Origin: Candidatus Saccharimonadota bacterium | Lineage (GTDB): Bacteria; Patescibacteriota; Saccharimonadia; CAILAD01; BJGX01 | DNA: 64,000 nucleotides | Assembly: GCA_016191105.1 (NCBI GenBank) | Contig: JACPPH010000004.1 | Location: forward strand, 65,230 to 129,229 | Direction: 5' to 3' | In this document: in pieces, positions 1-10,274 of the stretch | Layout of the letters: every line of letters starts with the position of its first letter | How positions within the stretch are numbered: the stretch's first letter is position 1 | The notes under the pieces: generated by a model | Told to the model about the DNA's origin: nothing | Databases searched by the model: none | Seen by the model: only the letters and a program-made list of their open reading frames with translations | Position numbers and translations under genes: made by a program

Positions 1-20
1 TTCTTATTAACGAGTTAACC

Positions 21-1223
21 ATGCAAAACGACCACGACAATACTTTTCCTTTGCCTAATTCTGGCGGTGCCGATGCTCAGCAAGCAGTGCCGGGTAATGA
101 CTGGCAGAATCAACAGCCAGCCGCTCCCCAGCCGGCGATTGATAATTCTGCGGCCGCTCAGCCAGCACCAGCCGCACCTGAGGTTAATACTCAGCAGCCT
201 GCCGATGTGCCTGCGCCCGGGCAAGTAATAGCCGACCTAGAAGCCCATCAGCTGGCTAGTGCCGATTACTCTGGCGGGGTGGCTCCTAATCCAGCCGCTC
301 CTCAGCCCCTTGGCGTACCGGCTGAGACAGCTCAACAGCCAGCACCTCAAGCTCCGGCTGCCAATACACTTGATCTTTCGAATCAACAGCAAGCAGCCCC
401 GTCATTATCGCCCGAACAACCAGCTGTACCACCGGCAGCCGAACCACCAGCTGCTACCAACCAATATGGCATTACACCCGCTCAGCCCGTGTTAGCTCAG
501 GTGCCTGGTGGAACAGAACCTGTGACAGCCGCGGCTATGCCACCAGGAGCCGAAGTAGCGCCGTCTGGGTTGCCAACTGATCTTAACGATGCCATGCTAG
601 ACCCCAACCTTATGGCAGCTACGGCACCCAAGCCTAAGTTTAGTCCGCTCAAACTAGTTTTAATAATCGCCGGAGTCGTAATCGGGCTATTCGTGCTGCT
701 TAGCTTAATCGTTTACATTACCGGGCGAACCGCCCGCAAGCCAGCCATTGAGCTAAACGATGCAACTTCAACTGGCAGCCAAAGTTCCAGCTCTTCGAAC
801 GAGGCGGTAATGCCCGCCGGCTTTGTTAAGATCGATAAAGATTGTTACAGTTTTGGAGCTTACCAAACCAACACTATCCCAAGCGGTGGCGCTTGCAACT
901 TTAGCGCTACCGAGGGTGGCTACAAAGTAGCTGTCAATCCGATAACCGACAGCTACGATAACCTAGATGTGTTTACCAACAGTGTTAAATCTAGTCTGAG
1001 CTCGCCAAGTGTGAGCAGCCTGATGCTAGATGGCATGAATGCCTCCAAGATTGTCTATAGCCAAAATGGCAACAACCAGGTTAAGTACTTGGTGTTGGTA
1101 AATGGCAAGAACTACAAATTCAACGATAAGGCTGTAACTGGCTTTACTATCGACATGGACTACACTACTCCCAATGCTCAAAATAATGCCAACAATTTGG
1201 TTAACACCTGGCGCTGGAAGTAG
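21..1223 (+). CDS. Pro/Gln/Ala-rich single-pass membrane protein, hypothetical
   Basis: Low-complexity N-terminus, TM segment LVLIIAGVVIGLFVLLSLIVYI, globular C-terminal domain. Confidence 0.8.
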   Translation: MQNDHDNTFPLPNSGGADAQQAVPGNDWQNQQPAAPQPAIDNSAAAQPAPAAPEVNTQQPADVPAPGQVIADLEAHQLASADYSGGVAPNPAAPQPLGVPAETAQQPAPQAPAANTLDLSNQQQAAPSLSPEQPAVPPAAEPPAATNQYGITPAQPVLAQVPGGTEPVTAAAMPPGAEVAPSGLPTDLNDAMLDPNLMAATAPKPKFSPLKLVLIIAGVVIGLFVLLSLIVYITGRTARKPAIELNDATSTGSQSSSSSNEAVMPAGFVKIDKDCYSFGAYQTNTIPSGGACNFSATEGGYKVAVNPITDSYDNLDVFTNSVKSSLSSPSVSSLMLDGMNASKIVYSQNGNNQVKYLVLVNGKNYKFNDKAVTGFTIDMDYTTPNAQNNANNLVNTWRWK

Positions 1224-1247
1224 CCAAGCTTAAGAGCTAATTAGCCC

Positions 1248-1276
1248 TTGCCATAAGCATTTATTAGTGATACCAT
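1248..1276 (+). promoter_or_regulatory. sigma70-type promoter of GC-rich unit 1
   Basis: TTGCCA-17 nt-TACCAT. Confidence 0.55.
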
Positions 1277-1383
1277 AAGGAATCTTTACCCAACTGCAGG
1301 ATCAGCAACGGAGCTGAGTAGGGGCAGAGGGTGAGGGTAGATGTACCCCTTTACATTCATCTACACCGAAGAGGAGGATTTCG

Positions 1384-1680
1384 GTGAAACGAGAGAGAGT
1401 ATTCAACGAAGCTGCACACGAACTGGTGTGCAGTGAGGCGGATCTTCGGATCCAAGAATGGCTCGATGGGAGGTCGCGGCGACAGCGACAAGTCGAACGT
1501 GACCCGGGCCTGAACGTACAGCTCACTGTCGAGGTGTACGGCGTGCTCAGGCGGAACTATCTGGTGGGCCAAGGCGTTGCGATCAGCGACACCCAGCTTG
1601 CTCGGTGCTTCCGACGCGCCAAGACACTCTCACACGAGACATTCGACCTCGTTCCTTCGACCGTGCTTGTGCACGCCTGA
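1384..1680 (+). CDS. hypothetical protein (GC-rich unit 1)
   Basis: GAGGAGG SD before GTG; GC-ending codons. Confidence 0.65.
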   Translation: MKRERVFNEAAHELVCSEADLRIQEWLDGRSRRQRQVERDPGLNVQLTVEVYGVLRRNYLVGQGVAISDTQLARCFRRAKTLSHETFDLVPSTVLVHA

Positions 1681-1696
1681 GCGGGGGGAGGACGAC

Positions 1697-2263
1697 TTGA
1701 AGACGAGGATAGCAGACCTGAAGCAACTCGCCGTCGAGGCGACTGCCAAGGTCACATCATCACCCGCGGTCAGGAAGGCTCTTGAGGAGCAGTTGCTCGA
1801 GGAGCTGAAGCAGAGGATCGGACGTCGTTCGTTGACGACGGCTCGATCGGAAGCGGCGATCAAAGAGGTTCTCGATCAAGACCGCCTGCTCAGCATGGCG
1901 GCGTGGGCCTTCGTCCAGCTACCAGAACTGGAGCAGAGTCGGGAGGTGGCGCTCAAGGCGCTCAACCTGCTGAGTCAGCCCCACTTCGACGTGCTGCCCG
2001 AACAGCTCAACGACACGATTGAACTCGCCGACTTCTACACCCGCAACGCAACTCGAGTTGTCACGGCCGGTCCGAGGCAGGTGCTCGAAGGTGCGTCGAG
2101 GGCGCTCAAGATGGACGGGCGCTTCGTGGCGCGGCTACTCCAGTCAGGAGTACAGCTGCGTGACACAACGCCAACCTTCAGCAGAGCTCTGCGAACCCGG
2201 GAGGCGCTGCCAGGTGAGATCGGGAGCGTTCGAACGGTTCCGAGGGTGATGCAGCCCGCATAG
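1697..2263 (+). CDS. hypothetical helical protein (GC-rich unit 1)
   Basis: GGAGG SD before TTG at 1697, inside the 228-aa ORF; followed by GC hairpin and terminator. Confidence 0.65.
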   Translation: MKTRIADLKQLAVEATAKVTSSPAVRKALEEQLLEELKQRIGRRSLTTARSEAAIKEVLDQDRLLSMAAWAFVQLPELEQSREVALKALNLLSQPHFDVLPEQLNDTIELADFYTRNATRVVTAGPRQVLEGASRALKMDGRFVARLLQSGVQLRDTTPTFSRALRTREALPGEIGSVRTVPRVMQPA

Positions 2264-2290
2264 GCTGAACTTCGCGGCAACAAAGGGGGC

Positions 2291-2354
2291 TCCGGGCCGG
2301 GGTGAGCGATCACTCCGGCCCGGACGGGCGACCACCAAACAGGTGGTCGTTTTC
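2291..2354 (+). terminator. GC hairpin plus intrinsic terminator
   Basis: tccgggccggggtga..tcactccggcccgga, then gcgaccacc-aaaca-ggtggtcgttttc. Confidence 0.7.
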
Positions 2355-2412
2355 AGTTATTATCCAAAACTTGTTTGCATTTTATACGGCTTTGGTGGGT
2401 ATAATAGATTCT

Positions 2413-4164
2413 ATGAACGAGGTCGAAGAGGTAAAAAACAGACTCGATATTGTTGAGGTAATCGGCAGCTACGTGCCGCTCAAGCAAACCGGCCGTAACT
2501 TTAAGGGCTTGAGTCCATTTAAATCCGAGAAAACCCCTAGCTTTATTGTTAGCCCCGAAAAGAGCATTTGGCACGACTTTAGTAGCGATCAAGGCGGCGA
2601 TGTAATTAGCTTTGTTATGCTCATGGAGGGGCTGGAGTTTCGCGACGCTCTGGAGATGCTGGCTCGCCGGGCTGGGGTGACTCTAAAACTGCGCTCGGCT
2701 GCTCAAGCCCGCAATGTTGGCAAAAAAGCCAGGCTGTACGAGGCCTTAGAGCTGGCCATGAAATATTATCACCTTTGCCTGTCACGTAATGAGCATGCCC
2801 GCAGTTATTTTGTGAAAGAAAGAGGCCTTGGTGCCGCAACATTAAAACAATACAAACTAGGCTATAGCCCAGACAGCTGGGATTCTTTGACAAACTTTTT
2901 GGTCAAGCGAGGATTCACTAACGGCGAACTTAAGGAGGCTGGCTTGGTTAGCAGCAAAGCTGGCGGCAAATCTGTATTTGATAGCTTTCGTGGCCGCGTC
3001 ATGTTTCCGGTCTTCGATAGCCAGGGTAGAGTGGTTGGCTTTAGCGCCCGTTTGCTAGGAGAGGCCAAGGCAGCCAAGTACATAAACACACCGCAAACGC
3101 TGGTTTACGATAAATCGACGGCAATTTATGGCCTATACCAGGCCAAAGAATCGATCCGTAACACCGATAGCGTGGTAATTGTAGAGGGTAATGTCGATGT
3201 GCTAGCGCTCGCTAATGCCGGCTATGGCAATGCGGTGGCCAGCAGCGGCACCGCTCTAACTACGCAGCAGCTCAAAACGCTATCTTATCTAACCCACAAT
3301 GTGTACATTTGCTTCGATAGCGATAGTGCTGGGATAGCGGCCACTCAAAGGACGATTGAGTTGGCTCAAGGTATGGATATTCGTTTGCGGGTGATTGAGC
3401 TCAAAGGGGCCAAAGACCCCGACGAGCTAGTGAGTAAGAACAAACAAGCTTGGGCCGAGGCCGTGCAGAAAGCTCTGTACGCACCCGACTATTTGCTCAA
3501 GTGGGCCAAAGCTAACTTTAACTACAAAACCGCACTAGGTAAAAAACAGCTGGCCAAGTTTTTGTTGCCTATGCTTGGTGGTTTTGAAGACGAGGTGGAG
3601 CGTGATCACTACATAAAAACTATTGCCCAAACCCTAGACGTTGGTGAAAATTCGCTGCGGGAACAGCTCAATAAGACCAACAGCGACCCTAAACAGCCCA
3701 AAGCCCAGGTGGGACAAAACACACCCCAGCCAATTCGTGAGCGAAAGCTAACCAGACAAGAAAAGTTGGAGCGAGAGTTGGCTGAGCTTTTGTTGGCTAG
3801 GCCAGAAACCCGTGAAGTCTTAATCGACATAGAGCCTACCAAAATTACTGAGTTGTTTCGGCCTTACTTTGAGGCATTAATTAAAAAACCGAAGCTAACC
3901 AGCGCCGATCTCGAGAAGCAATTGCAAGATAGGGCAAATTATGGTAAAATTCTGATGTTACGGGGAGAACAAACGTATTCCGATCTGTCGGAACATGACG
4001 TAAGGGTTGAAGCCCATTCCCAAGTGTTACGCTTGCAGAATTTACAAACACAACTTAATAAGCGGTCATTGAGCAAGGCTCTAGCCGAAGCTGAAGCCGC
4101 CCACGATCAAACCAAAGCCCAAAAGATCTTAAAGAAATACCAAGCCTTACTCAACGAAGAGTAG
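2413..4164 (+). CDS. dnaG: DNA primase
   Basis: N-terminal primase zinc-finger-like domain (SPFKSEKTPSF), KYINTP, Toprim VEGNVDV and CFDSDSAG; ATG 7 nt after TATAAT. Confidence 0.97.
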   Translation: MNEVEEVKNRLDIVEVIGSYVPLKQTGRNFKGLSPFKSEKTPSFIVSPEKSIWHDFSSDQGGDVISFVMLMEGLEFRDALEMLARRAGVTLKLRSAAQARNVGKKARLYEALELAMKYYHLCLSRNEHARSYFVKERGLGAATLKQYKLGYSPDSWDSLTNFLVKRGFTNGELKEAGLVSSKAGGKSVFDSFRGRVMFPVFDSQGRVVGFSARLLGEAKAAKYINTPQTLVYDKSTAIYGLYQAKESIRNTDSVVIVEGNVDVLALANAGYGNAVASSGTALTTQQLKTLSYLTHNVYICFDSDSAGIAATQRTIELAQGMDIRLRVIELKGAKDPDELVSKNKQAWAEAVQKALYAPDYLLKWAKANFNYKTALGKKQLAKFLLPMLGGFEDEVERDHYIKTIAQTLDVGENSLREQLNKTNSDPKQPKAQVGQNTPQPIRERKLTRQEKLERELAELLLARPETREVLIDIEPTKITELFRPYFEALIKKPKLTSADLEKQLQDRANYGKILMLRGEQTYSDLSEHDVRVEAHSQVLRLQNLQTQLNKRSLSKALAEAEAAHDQTKAQKILKKYQALLNEE

Positions 4165-4235
4165 TTTATTAATTTGTCTTAATAATCCACATTTAAGCCT
4201 GGGAGTTTGAAACTAATTATTTGAAAGGAGTACCC

Positions 4236-5432
4236 ATGCCTCAAAAAGCCACGAGAGCTACTAAGCTTAAGGCCAACAAAAAACCTACATCCAAACCTGT
4301 GCCAAAAAAAGCACCAGCCAAAAGGCCAGCAGCCAAGAAGGCCGTTGACGACGAGGTTACAAAAGAACTGTCGCCCGAGGTAGAAAGCCTGCTTGCAAAA
4401 GGCCGCGAGCAGGGGTTTGTTACCCAACAAGAAATTATGGCTACTGTGCCCGATGCCGAGGAGCATGTCGATGCTCTCGATGATCTGTACTCGCTGTTGA
4501 TCGATCAGGGAATCGAAATTACCGATCAAAAAGACAAGCTTATCTGGGCTACCGAACCCGACGAGGACATCGAGAATGCCACTAGTGATGATTATATAAA
4601 AGATATTGCCGACGACTCAGTGCGGCTTTATCTGCGCGAGATTGGCAAGATCCCACTAATTTCGGCCGAAGAAGAGGTTGGGTTAGCCAAACGGATCGAA
4701 AAAGGCGATAAATCGGCCAAAGACGCCTTGGCCGAAGCCAACTTGCGTTTGGTGGTTAGTATTGCCAAAAAATACATTGGTCGCGGGCTCGATCTGTTAG
4801 ATCTTATAGAAGAGGGTAATACTGGCTTGTTGCGGGCAGTTGAAAAGTTCGACTACACCAAGGGCTTTAAGTTTAGCACCTATGCTACTTGGTGGATTCG
4901 CCAAGCTATAACCCGTGCCATTGCCGACCAGGCCCGGGTGATTCGCATACCGGTCCACATGGTCGAAACGATCAATAAACTTATTCGAACTCAGCGTCGA
5001 CTTACTCAAGAGCTGGGTCGCGAGCCGTTGCCCGAAGAAATCGGTACCGAAATGGAAATCGACGTTGAAAAGGTCAACCACATTCTAAAGATCTCTCAAG
5101 ACACCACCAGCTTAGATGCCACCGTAGGTGAGGACGAAGATAGCTCTTTGGGTGACTTTATTCAAGACGAAGACACCGTGAGCCCCGAAGAGGCTGCAAC
5201 TTATGAGTTGCTCAAAGAACATATCGATGACACCTTAGGTTTGCTTACGCCGCGTGAACAAAAGATTCTACGCATGCGCTTTGGGCTCGAAGACGGTCGC
5301 AGCCACACGCTTGAGGAAGTAGGCCAAGAATTTGGTGTCACTCGCGAGCGCATTCGCCAAATAGAAGCCAAAGCTTTAACCAAGCTGCGTAAACACAAAG
5401 ACAGCAAACGACTCAAAGACTACATAAGCTAA
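4236..5432 (+). CDS. rpoD: primary sigma factor RpoD/SigA
   Basis: [46 protein letters not shown]; GAAAGGAG SD. Confidence 0.98.
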   Translation: MPQKATRATKLKANKKPTSKPVPKKAPAKRPAAKKAVDDEVTKELSPEVESLLAKGREQGFVTQQEIMATVPDAEEHVDALDDLYSLLIDQGIEITDQKDKLIWATEPDEDIENATSDDYIKDIADDSVRLYLREIGKIPLISAEEEVGLAKRIEKGDKSAKDALAEANLRLVVSIAKKYIGRGLDLLDLIEEGNTGLLRAVEKFDYTKGFKFSTYATWWIRQAITRAIADQARVIRIPVHMVETINKLIRTQRRLTQELGREPLPEEIGTEMEIDVEKVNHILKISQDTTSLDATVGEDEDSSLGDFIQDEDTVSPEEAATYELLKEHIDDTLGLLTPREQKILRMRFGLEDGRSHTLEEVGQEFGVTRERIRQIEAKALTKLRKHKDSKRLKDYIS

Positions 5433-5440
5433 CACGGAGT

Positions 5441-5467
5441 GTCGCCCTGAGCATAGTCGAAGGATCT
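5441..5467. repeat. GTC-tagged REP-like palindrome
   Basis: gtcgccctgagcatagtcgaaggatct, similar to copies at 9670, 21204 and 26382. Confidence 0.6.
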
Positions 5468-5469
5468 GT

Positions 5470-5505
5470 ATCTAAAAAGACCCTCGTATGAGGGTCTTTT
5501 TAGAT
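5470..5505. terminator. bidirectional intrinsic terminator
   Basis: atctaaaaagaccctc-gtat-gagggtctttttagat between convergent genes. Confidence 0.85.
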
Positions 5506-6014
5506 CGGCAAAACCATAAGTTGCTCGGGATCTTTTTCGCCGGGTACGTTCATGACCTGTCGCTTTTCGAGCCAGCCTTCTCGAGCACATGCATGGAGCG
5601 AGCGTTATGAATGCTTGGACTAGCCACTATGAATTTAACATCGTGATATTTCTCTAACACCACATCCTTGGTAAACTTTATGGCTATCGCTGGCCCAAGG
5701 CCTTTGCCCAGATAACTTTCGTTGCCAATAAACCAATCCATACCTACGCTATCATTGAGTTTCACAGCTTCTGCATAATCCTTATAATCTTTAACCCAAT
5801 AAGATTGGGTCATACCAATGGGTGTATTATCTGCCACCACCACAAAGCAGCTTGTTGCACTTTTGCCTTCAACTCTAGGTCCGTATTTTTCTTCAATTGC
5901 TTCTGGTGTTGACGGCTCATGCCACCATTTTTTCACTTCGGGTGCATTCAGCCACACAGGAAACCAATCGAAATCAGCTCGAGATAAAGGACGAAAACTT
6001 ATCTTGGTATTCAT
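5500..6014 (-). CDS. GNAT N-acetyltransferase (AAC(6')-Ib-like) with apparent 1-nt deletion near 5570
   Basis: WLNAPEVKKWW, GMDWFIG..LGKGLG, N.RS..VLEKAG; adding one base gives EKAGFEKRQVMNVPGEKDPEQLMVLPI*. Confidence 0.8.
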
Positions 6015-6397
6015 TGATTACTAGCAGGGAGACCTTCTGGATTGGGATTTGGTGGGCGATCTGGCAGGCGTCCACGCTGCCGATCGGCCTGTTCTTGCCT
6101 TTGTCGCGCTGCTGCCAGCTTAGCGCGCGCATCGGCCTTAAGTGTTTCTCTATCAACGGCTTTATTAGTTGTGTCGTTGGCCACAGCTTCGGGATCTTGA
6201 GCCTTGCCTTGCTGGATAGCCTGCTCACTAGGTACTCTCTCGGGTCTCGCTGCAGCTTCCTGAGCTTGTCTAATATTCAACAGATCATTTTTCAGGCGCT
6301 GCTCTTTGGCATCGGGAGTTAACTGATTGCGAGCAGCTGCGCTGGCTTTCTCTGCAGTGTTCGTTTCAAATAAATTGGCTTGAGCTGGATCGTTCAT
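6011..6397 (-). CDS. hypothetical protein
   Basis: 128-aa ORF whose stop overlaps the GNAT start. Confidence 0.6.
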   Translation of the reverse strand: MNDPAQANLFETNTAEKASAAARNQLTPDAKEQRLKNDLLNIRQAQEAAARPERVPSEQAIQQGKAQDPEAVANDTTNKAVDRETLKADARAKLAAARQRQEQADRQRGRLPDRPPNPNPEGLPASNQ

Positions 6398-6453
6398 ACC
6401 ATAATTAAAGCATATGCTATCTGATTATGCTATCCATCGGGTATAATAACTAC

Positions 6454-9237
6454 ATGTCCAAGCGCCCTAAATTTGTAATTTTCGATGGCCATGCCCTGGT
6501 GCATCGTGGCTATCACGCCATTCCGTATTTAACCACCAAAGATGGTACCCCCACCAACGCCGTGTTTGGCTTTGCTACTATGATGCTTTTGGCGCTGCGC
6601 GAGCTCAAGCCCGACTATGTGGCTGTAGCTTGGGATGCGCCAGGGCCCACATTCCGCCACAAACAGTTCAAAGACTACAAAGGCACCCGACAAAAGGCCG
6701 ACCAGGAGCTATACGACCAACTGCCGATTACCAAGGATCTAATTGAGGCCTTTAACATTCCGCTAATCGAGCAGGTTGGCTACGAGGCCGATGACATTAT
6801 TGGTAGCCTGGCCGAAAAGTACCGGGCGCAAGCCGATGTAGTGATTGTAACTGGTGACATGGATGAATTGCAGCTGGTGAGTGATCGCGTGAGTGTTTAT
6901 ACCATGCGCAAGGGCTTTACCGACACTGTGATTTTCGATCCCAAAATGGTGCATGAAAAATATGGTGTTACACCAGAAGAATTCGTGGTCTACAAAGCTC
7001 TCAAGGGTGATAGCAGCGACAACATTCCTGGTGTGGCCGGCATTGGCGATAAAACCGCCACCGAGCTAGTAGCCAAGTATCAATCACTCGATAACATATA
7101 CAAAAATCTCGACAATATTAGGCCAGCTGTAGTCAAAAAGCTCGAGGCCGGGCGGGAAAGCGCCTATTTGAGCCTAGATTTATCACGAATTGTGCGCGAT
7201 ATGAAGCTCGACTTTGATCTTAAGAGGGCGACAACTCACGACTTTGACCGCCAGAAGGTCTACGACCTATTCCAAAAGCTAGAGTTTAAGAGCTTGCTGG
7301 CTAAATTGCCGACACCGCCAGGTGGCAAGGGCTTGGTAGAAACCGAAACCAACAGCGAAAAGCTCGAGCGTTCACACTTGGTAAGTGCTAATTACAAGAT
7401 TGTGCAAACTGAGGCAGATTTAAAAAAATTAGTCGAGCTGCTTTCTAAAGCCAAAGTTATTTCGTTTGATACAGAGACCACCGATACCGATGTAATTAAG
7501 GCCGACTTGGTAGGCCTAAGCTTTGCGGTGCACGAGGGCGAGGCTTACTATGTGCCAGTTGGACATGTACAGACCAAGCCAGACGACATAGACTTTGTGC
7601 TTATGGCCCAAGATGCTCCAGTCGATCTGGCCGGTGGGCAATTGCCTTTGGAGCTGGTAATAAAAGCTCTCAAACCGATCTTGGAAGACCCCAAAATTGG
7701 CAAAGTTGGGCACAATATTAAGTACGACTACCAGATTATGAATCGAGCTGGCGTTAAGCTAACCCCGATTGTGTTCGACACTATGGTGGCGGCTTTTCTA
7801 ATCAACCCAATTGGGCGAGCTCAGAGCCTGACCGAGCTAGCCTATAGTGACCTAGGTATTCGCATGATCGAAATTACTGAGCTAATCGGCTCCAAGGGCA
7901 AAAACCAGCTCCACTTTGGCCAAACCGATGTCTCGCAGGCTGGCCAGTACGCTGCCGAAGACGCCGATATTGCGCTTCGTTTGTACCACAAGCTGCAAGC
8001 CGATCTTAAAAAGCTTGGTAAACTAACCGAGGTAGCTAAGACCTTCGAGTGGCCGCTTATTGAAGTGCTGGGCGATATGGAACTTACGGGCGTGACCCTC
8101 AACGTTAAGTTCTTGGCCAAATTTGCCAAACAAATTGATGGCGATATCGACAAATGCCAGAAAGCCATCTGGAAGTTGGCAGGGCAGCCGTTCAACATCA
8201 ATAGTCCTGGCCAACTTCAAGAGATTTTATTTAACACGCTCAAGATCGAAACCGCAGGACTCAAGAAGACCAAGACCGGCTATTCTACGGCAGCTAGCGA
8301 GCTCGAAAAACTGCGTGGCGTACACGATATTATTGAACATTTATTCGAGTATCGTGAACTAACTAAGCTTAAGAGCACCTATGTCGATGCCTTGCCTAAC
8401 GCTGTAGCCAAAGACGGCAAAATCCACACTAGCTACAACCAGACCATTGCCCAAACCGGCCGGCTTAATAGCACCAATCCCAACCTGCAAAATATCCCGG
8501 TTCGCACCGTCTTAGGTCGTGAAATCCGCAAGGCCTTTGTGGCCGATGAGGGCAATGTGTTGGTAAGTGCCGACTACAATCAGATAGAGCTGCGCTTGGC
8601 GGCCGCTCTAGCCGACGATAAGCCAATGATCAAGACCTTTCGTGAGCACCTGGATATTCACACCGCCACAGCAGCCGAGATGTTTGGTATTAAACCCGAA
8701 GAGGTAACTCCACAGCAACGTTATGGCGCCAAAACCATCAACTTTGGCGTGCTGTACGGCATGAGCCCGCACGGCTTGAGCGTGGCCGCCAAGCTAGATT
8801 ACGATCAAGCCAAGGAGTTTATAGACCGCTACTTTAACCTACGTAAAGGCGTGGCCGACTATATTGAAAGGATAAAGAAGTTGGCTCACAGACAACAGTT
8901 TACCGAAACCTATTTTGGTCGGCGCCGGCCCTGCCCCGATGTTAAGTCGAATAACTTTGTTATCCGCAGTGCCGCCGAGCGCGCAGCCGTGAACATGCCC
9001 TTGCAGGGTACGGCGGCCGATATGATTAAGCTGGCCATGATACGGATCCACAAAGTTTTACCCAACGGTGCCGGTATAATCTTACAGATTCACGACGAAT
9101 TGATAGTAGAATGCAAAAAATCTCAGGCCAAAGAGGTGGGCGAGATTATGAGTAAAGAAATGATAGGAGTGCACAAATTTGCGGTACCAATTGAGGTTGG
9201 GTTAAAGGTCGGCACCAGCTGGGGAGAGCTAGAGTGA
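6454..9237 (+). CDS. polA: DNA polymerase I
   Basis: 5'-3' exo (EADD, GDSSDNIPGV), 3'-5' exo (FDTET, HNIKYD, YAAED), polymerase (ADYNQIELR, KTINFGVLYG, QIHDEL). Confidence 0.98.
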   Translation: MSKRPKFVIFDGHALVHRGYHAIPYLTTKDGTPTNAVFGFATMMLLALRELKPDYVAVAWDAPGPTFRHKQFKDYKGTRQKADQELYDQLPITKDLIEAFNIPLIEQVGYEADDIIGSLAEKYRAQADVVIVTGDMDELQLVSDRVSVYTMRKGFTDTVIFDPKMVHEKYGVTPEEFVVYKALKGDSSDNIPGVAGIGDKTATELVAKYQSLDNIYKNLDNIRPAVVKKLEAGRESAYLSLDLSRIVRDMKLDFDLKRATTHDFDRQKVYDLFQKLEFKSLLAKLPTPPGGKGLVETETNSEKLERSHLVSANYKIVQTEADLKKLVELLSKAKVISFDTETTDTDVIKADLVGLSFAVHEGEAYYVPVGHVQTKPDDIDFVLMAQDAPVDLAGGQLPLELVIKALKPILEDPKIGKVGHNIKYDYQIMNRAGVKLTPIVFDTMVAAFLINPIGRAQSLTELAYSDLGIRMIEITELIGSKGKNQLHFGQTDVSQAGQYAAEDADIALRLYHKLQADLKKLGKLTEVAKTFEWPLIEVLGDMELTGVTLNVKFLAKFAKQIDGDIDKCQKAIWKLAGQPFNINSPGQLQEILFNTLKIETAGLKKTKTGYSTAASELEKLRGVHDIIEHLFEYRELTKLKSTYVDALPNAVAKDGKIHTSYNQTIAQTGRLNSTNPNLQNIPVRTVLGREIRKAFVADEGNVLVSADYNQIELRLAAALADDKPMIKTFREHLDIHTATAAEMFGIKPEEVTPQQRYGAKTINFGVLYGMSPHGLSVAAKLDYDQAKEFIDRYFNLRKGVADYIERIKKLAHRQQFTETYFGRRRPCPDVKSNNFVIRSAAERAAVNMPLQGTAADMIKLAMIRIHKVLPNGAGIILQIHDELIVECKKSQAKEVGEIMSKEMIGVHKFAVPIEVGLKVGTSWGELE

Positions 9238-9665
9238 ACAATGTAAACTTACGGGTTGCTGCCAAGGCTGTAATTGCATACAAAAACAAGGTATTGGTGG
9301 TGCGCGAGGGCGGCAAATATGAAGATGGCAACAATATTGGCCAGTATGGCCTGGTGGGCGGCAGAATAGAACCCGACGAGTCGTTTTACGATGCTCTGGA
9401 CCGTGAGATCTTAGAGGAGACGGGGCTTAAGGTTAAGACTACTAAGCCACTACAAGTAGGTGAGTGGTGGCCAGAGATCAAGGGCGTTAAAAACCACATT
9501 GTGGCTGTATTCATGATCTGTGAAGCCAAGACAGATAGGGTTGTGTTAAGCGATGAGCACGATGATTTTAAGTGGGTTAATCTGAACGAAATACAAAAGC
9601 TGCCGGTCATGGAACCAGATAGATCAGTTGCTATTGAGTTTTTAAGCTCTCTCCCAAAAACCTGA
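9234..9665 (+). CDS. NUDIX hydrolase
   Basis: Nudix box GGRIEPDESFYDALDREILEETGL. Confidence 0.93.
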   Translation: MNNVNLRVAAKAVIAYKNKVLVVREGGKYEDGNNIGQYGLVGGRIEPDESFYDALDREILEETGLKVKTTKPLQVGEWWPEIKGVKNHIVAVFMICEAKTDRVVLSDEHDDFKWVNLNEIQKLPVMEPDRSVAIEFLSSLPKT

Positions 9666-9712
9666 CATTGTCATCTCGAGCGTAGTCGAGAGATCTCGGA
9701 TCTTAGGGAGAG
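9649..9712. repeat. CTCCC...GGGAG module-terminal hairpin containing a REP-like palindrome (9670-9696)
   Basis: ctctccc...gggagag arms; internal gtcatctcgagcgtagtcgagagatct. Confidence 0.65.
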
Positions 9713-9741
9713 CGACAATCACGGAGGTTGGCGAAAGCACT

Positions 9742-9960
9742 CTACCGAGCCAGAGGTGGCTCTTCGTGAACACCTCCTTGAGGGTATGGTCGTGGTGAGG
9801 GTGGTTGGGCGGTGCAGCGGTCGAGCAGTACTACGAATACGCTGGCGATGAGGCCTAAGCATATGAGTAGCCAAAAGCCCTTCCATATGCCCCGAAGCAT
9901 GTCTCCAAGGCAGCCCATGTCAGTAGTGGCAGTTGGGGTCGTCGTAGACCACGTTGCCAT
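9742..9960 (-). CDS. small membrane protein (GC-rich unit 2)
   Basis: TM segment FWLLICLGLIASVFVVLL; ATG directly after the upstream TAA. Confidence 0.55.
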   Translation of the reverse strand: MATWSTTTPTATTDMGCLGDMLRGIWKGFWLLICLGLIASVFVVLLDRCTAQPPSPRPYPQGGVHEEPPLAR

Positions 9961-10134
9961 TTACGACTTGGCTAGAGGAGTAGTCGCCTTGCACTCCTTA
10001 ACGCGCTGACGAGCTCCAAGCATCGCCAGAACCATCAGTATTGCACCGATGGTTAAGAAGATGATGATCAAGATTCTGAGTCGCCTGCGATAGATCGCGT
10101 TTAACTCAGCTTCATTATGGGCATGCGCCTCCAT
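9961..10134 (-). CDS. 57-aa membrane protein (GC-rich unit 2), not in ORF track
   Basis: AAGGAG SD; MEAHAHNEAELNAIYRRRLRILIIIFLTIGAILMVLAMLGARQRVKECKATTPLAKS. Confidence 0.65.
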   Translation of the reverse strand: MEAHAHNEAELNAIYRRRLRILIIIFLTIGAILMVLAMLGARQRVKECKATTPLAKS

Positions 10135-10274
10135 GAATCACTCCTTCTTGGTGATTGTCGGGTTGCGGGATATCGAACTGACATCCTCCCAAACAATTTA
10201 ACACGTTAAACTGTTTGGGAGAACGACAACCATACTTTGCATTGCGCTCCCTCCGGGCAGGTGCCGGAATTGTG

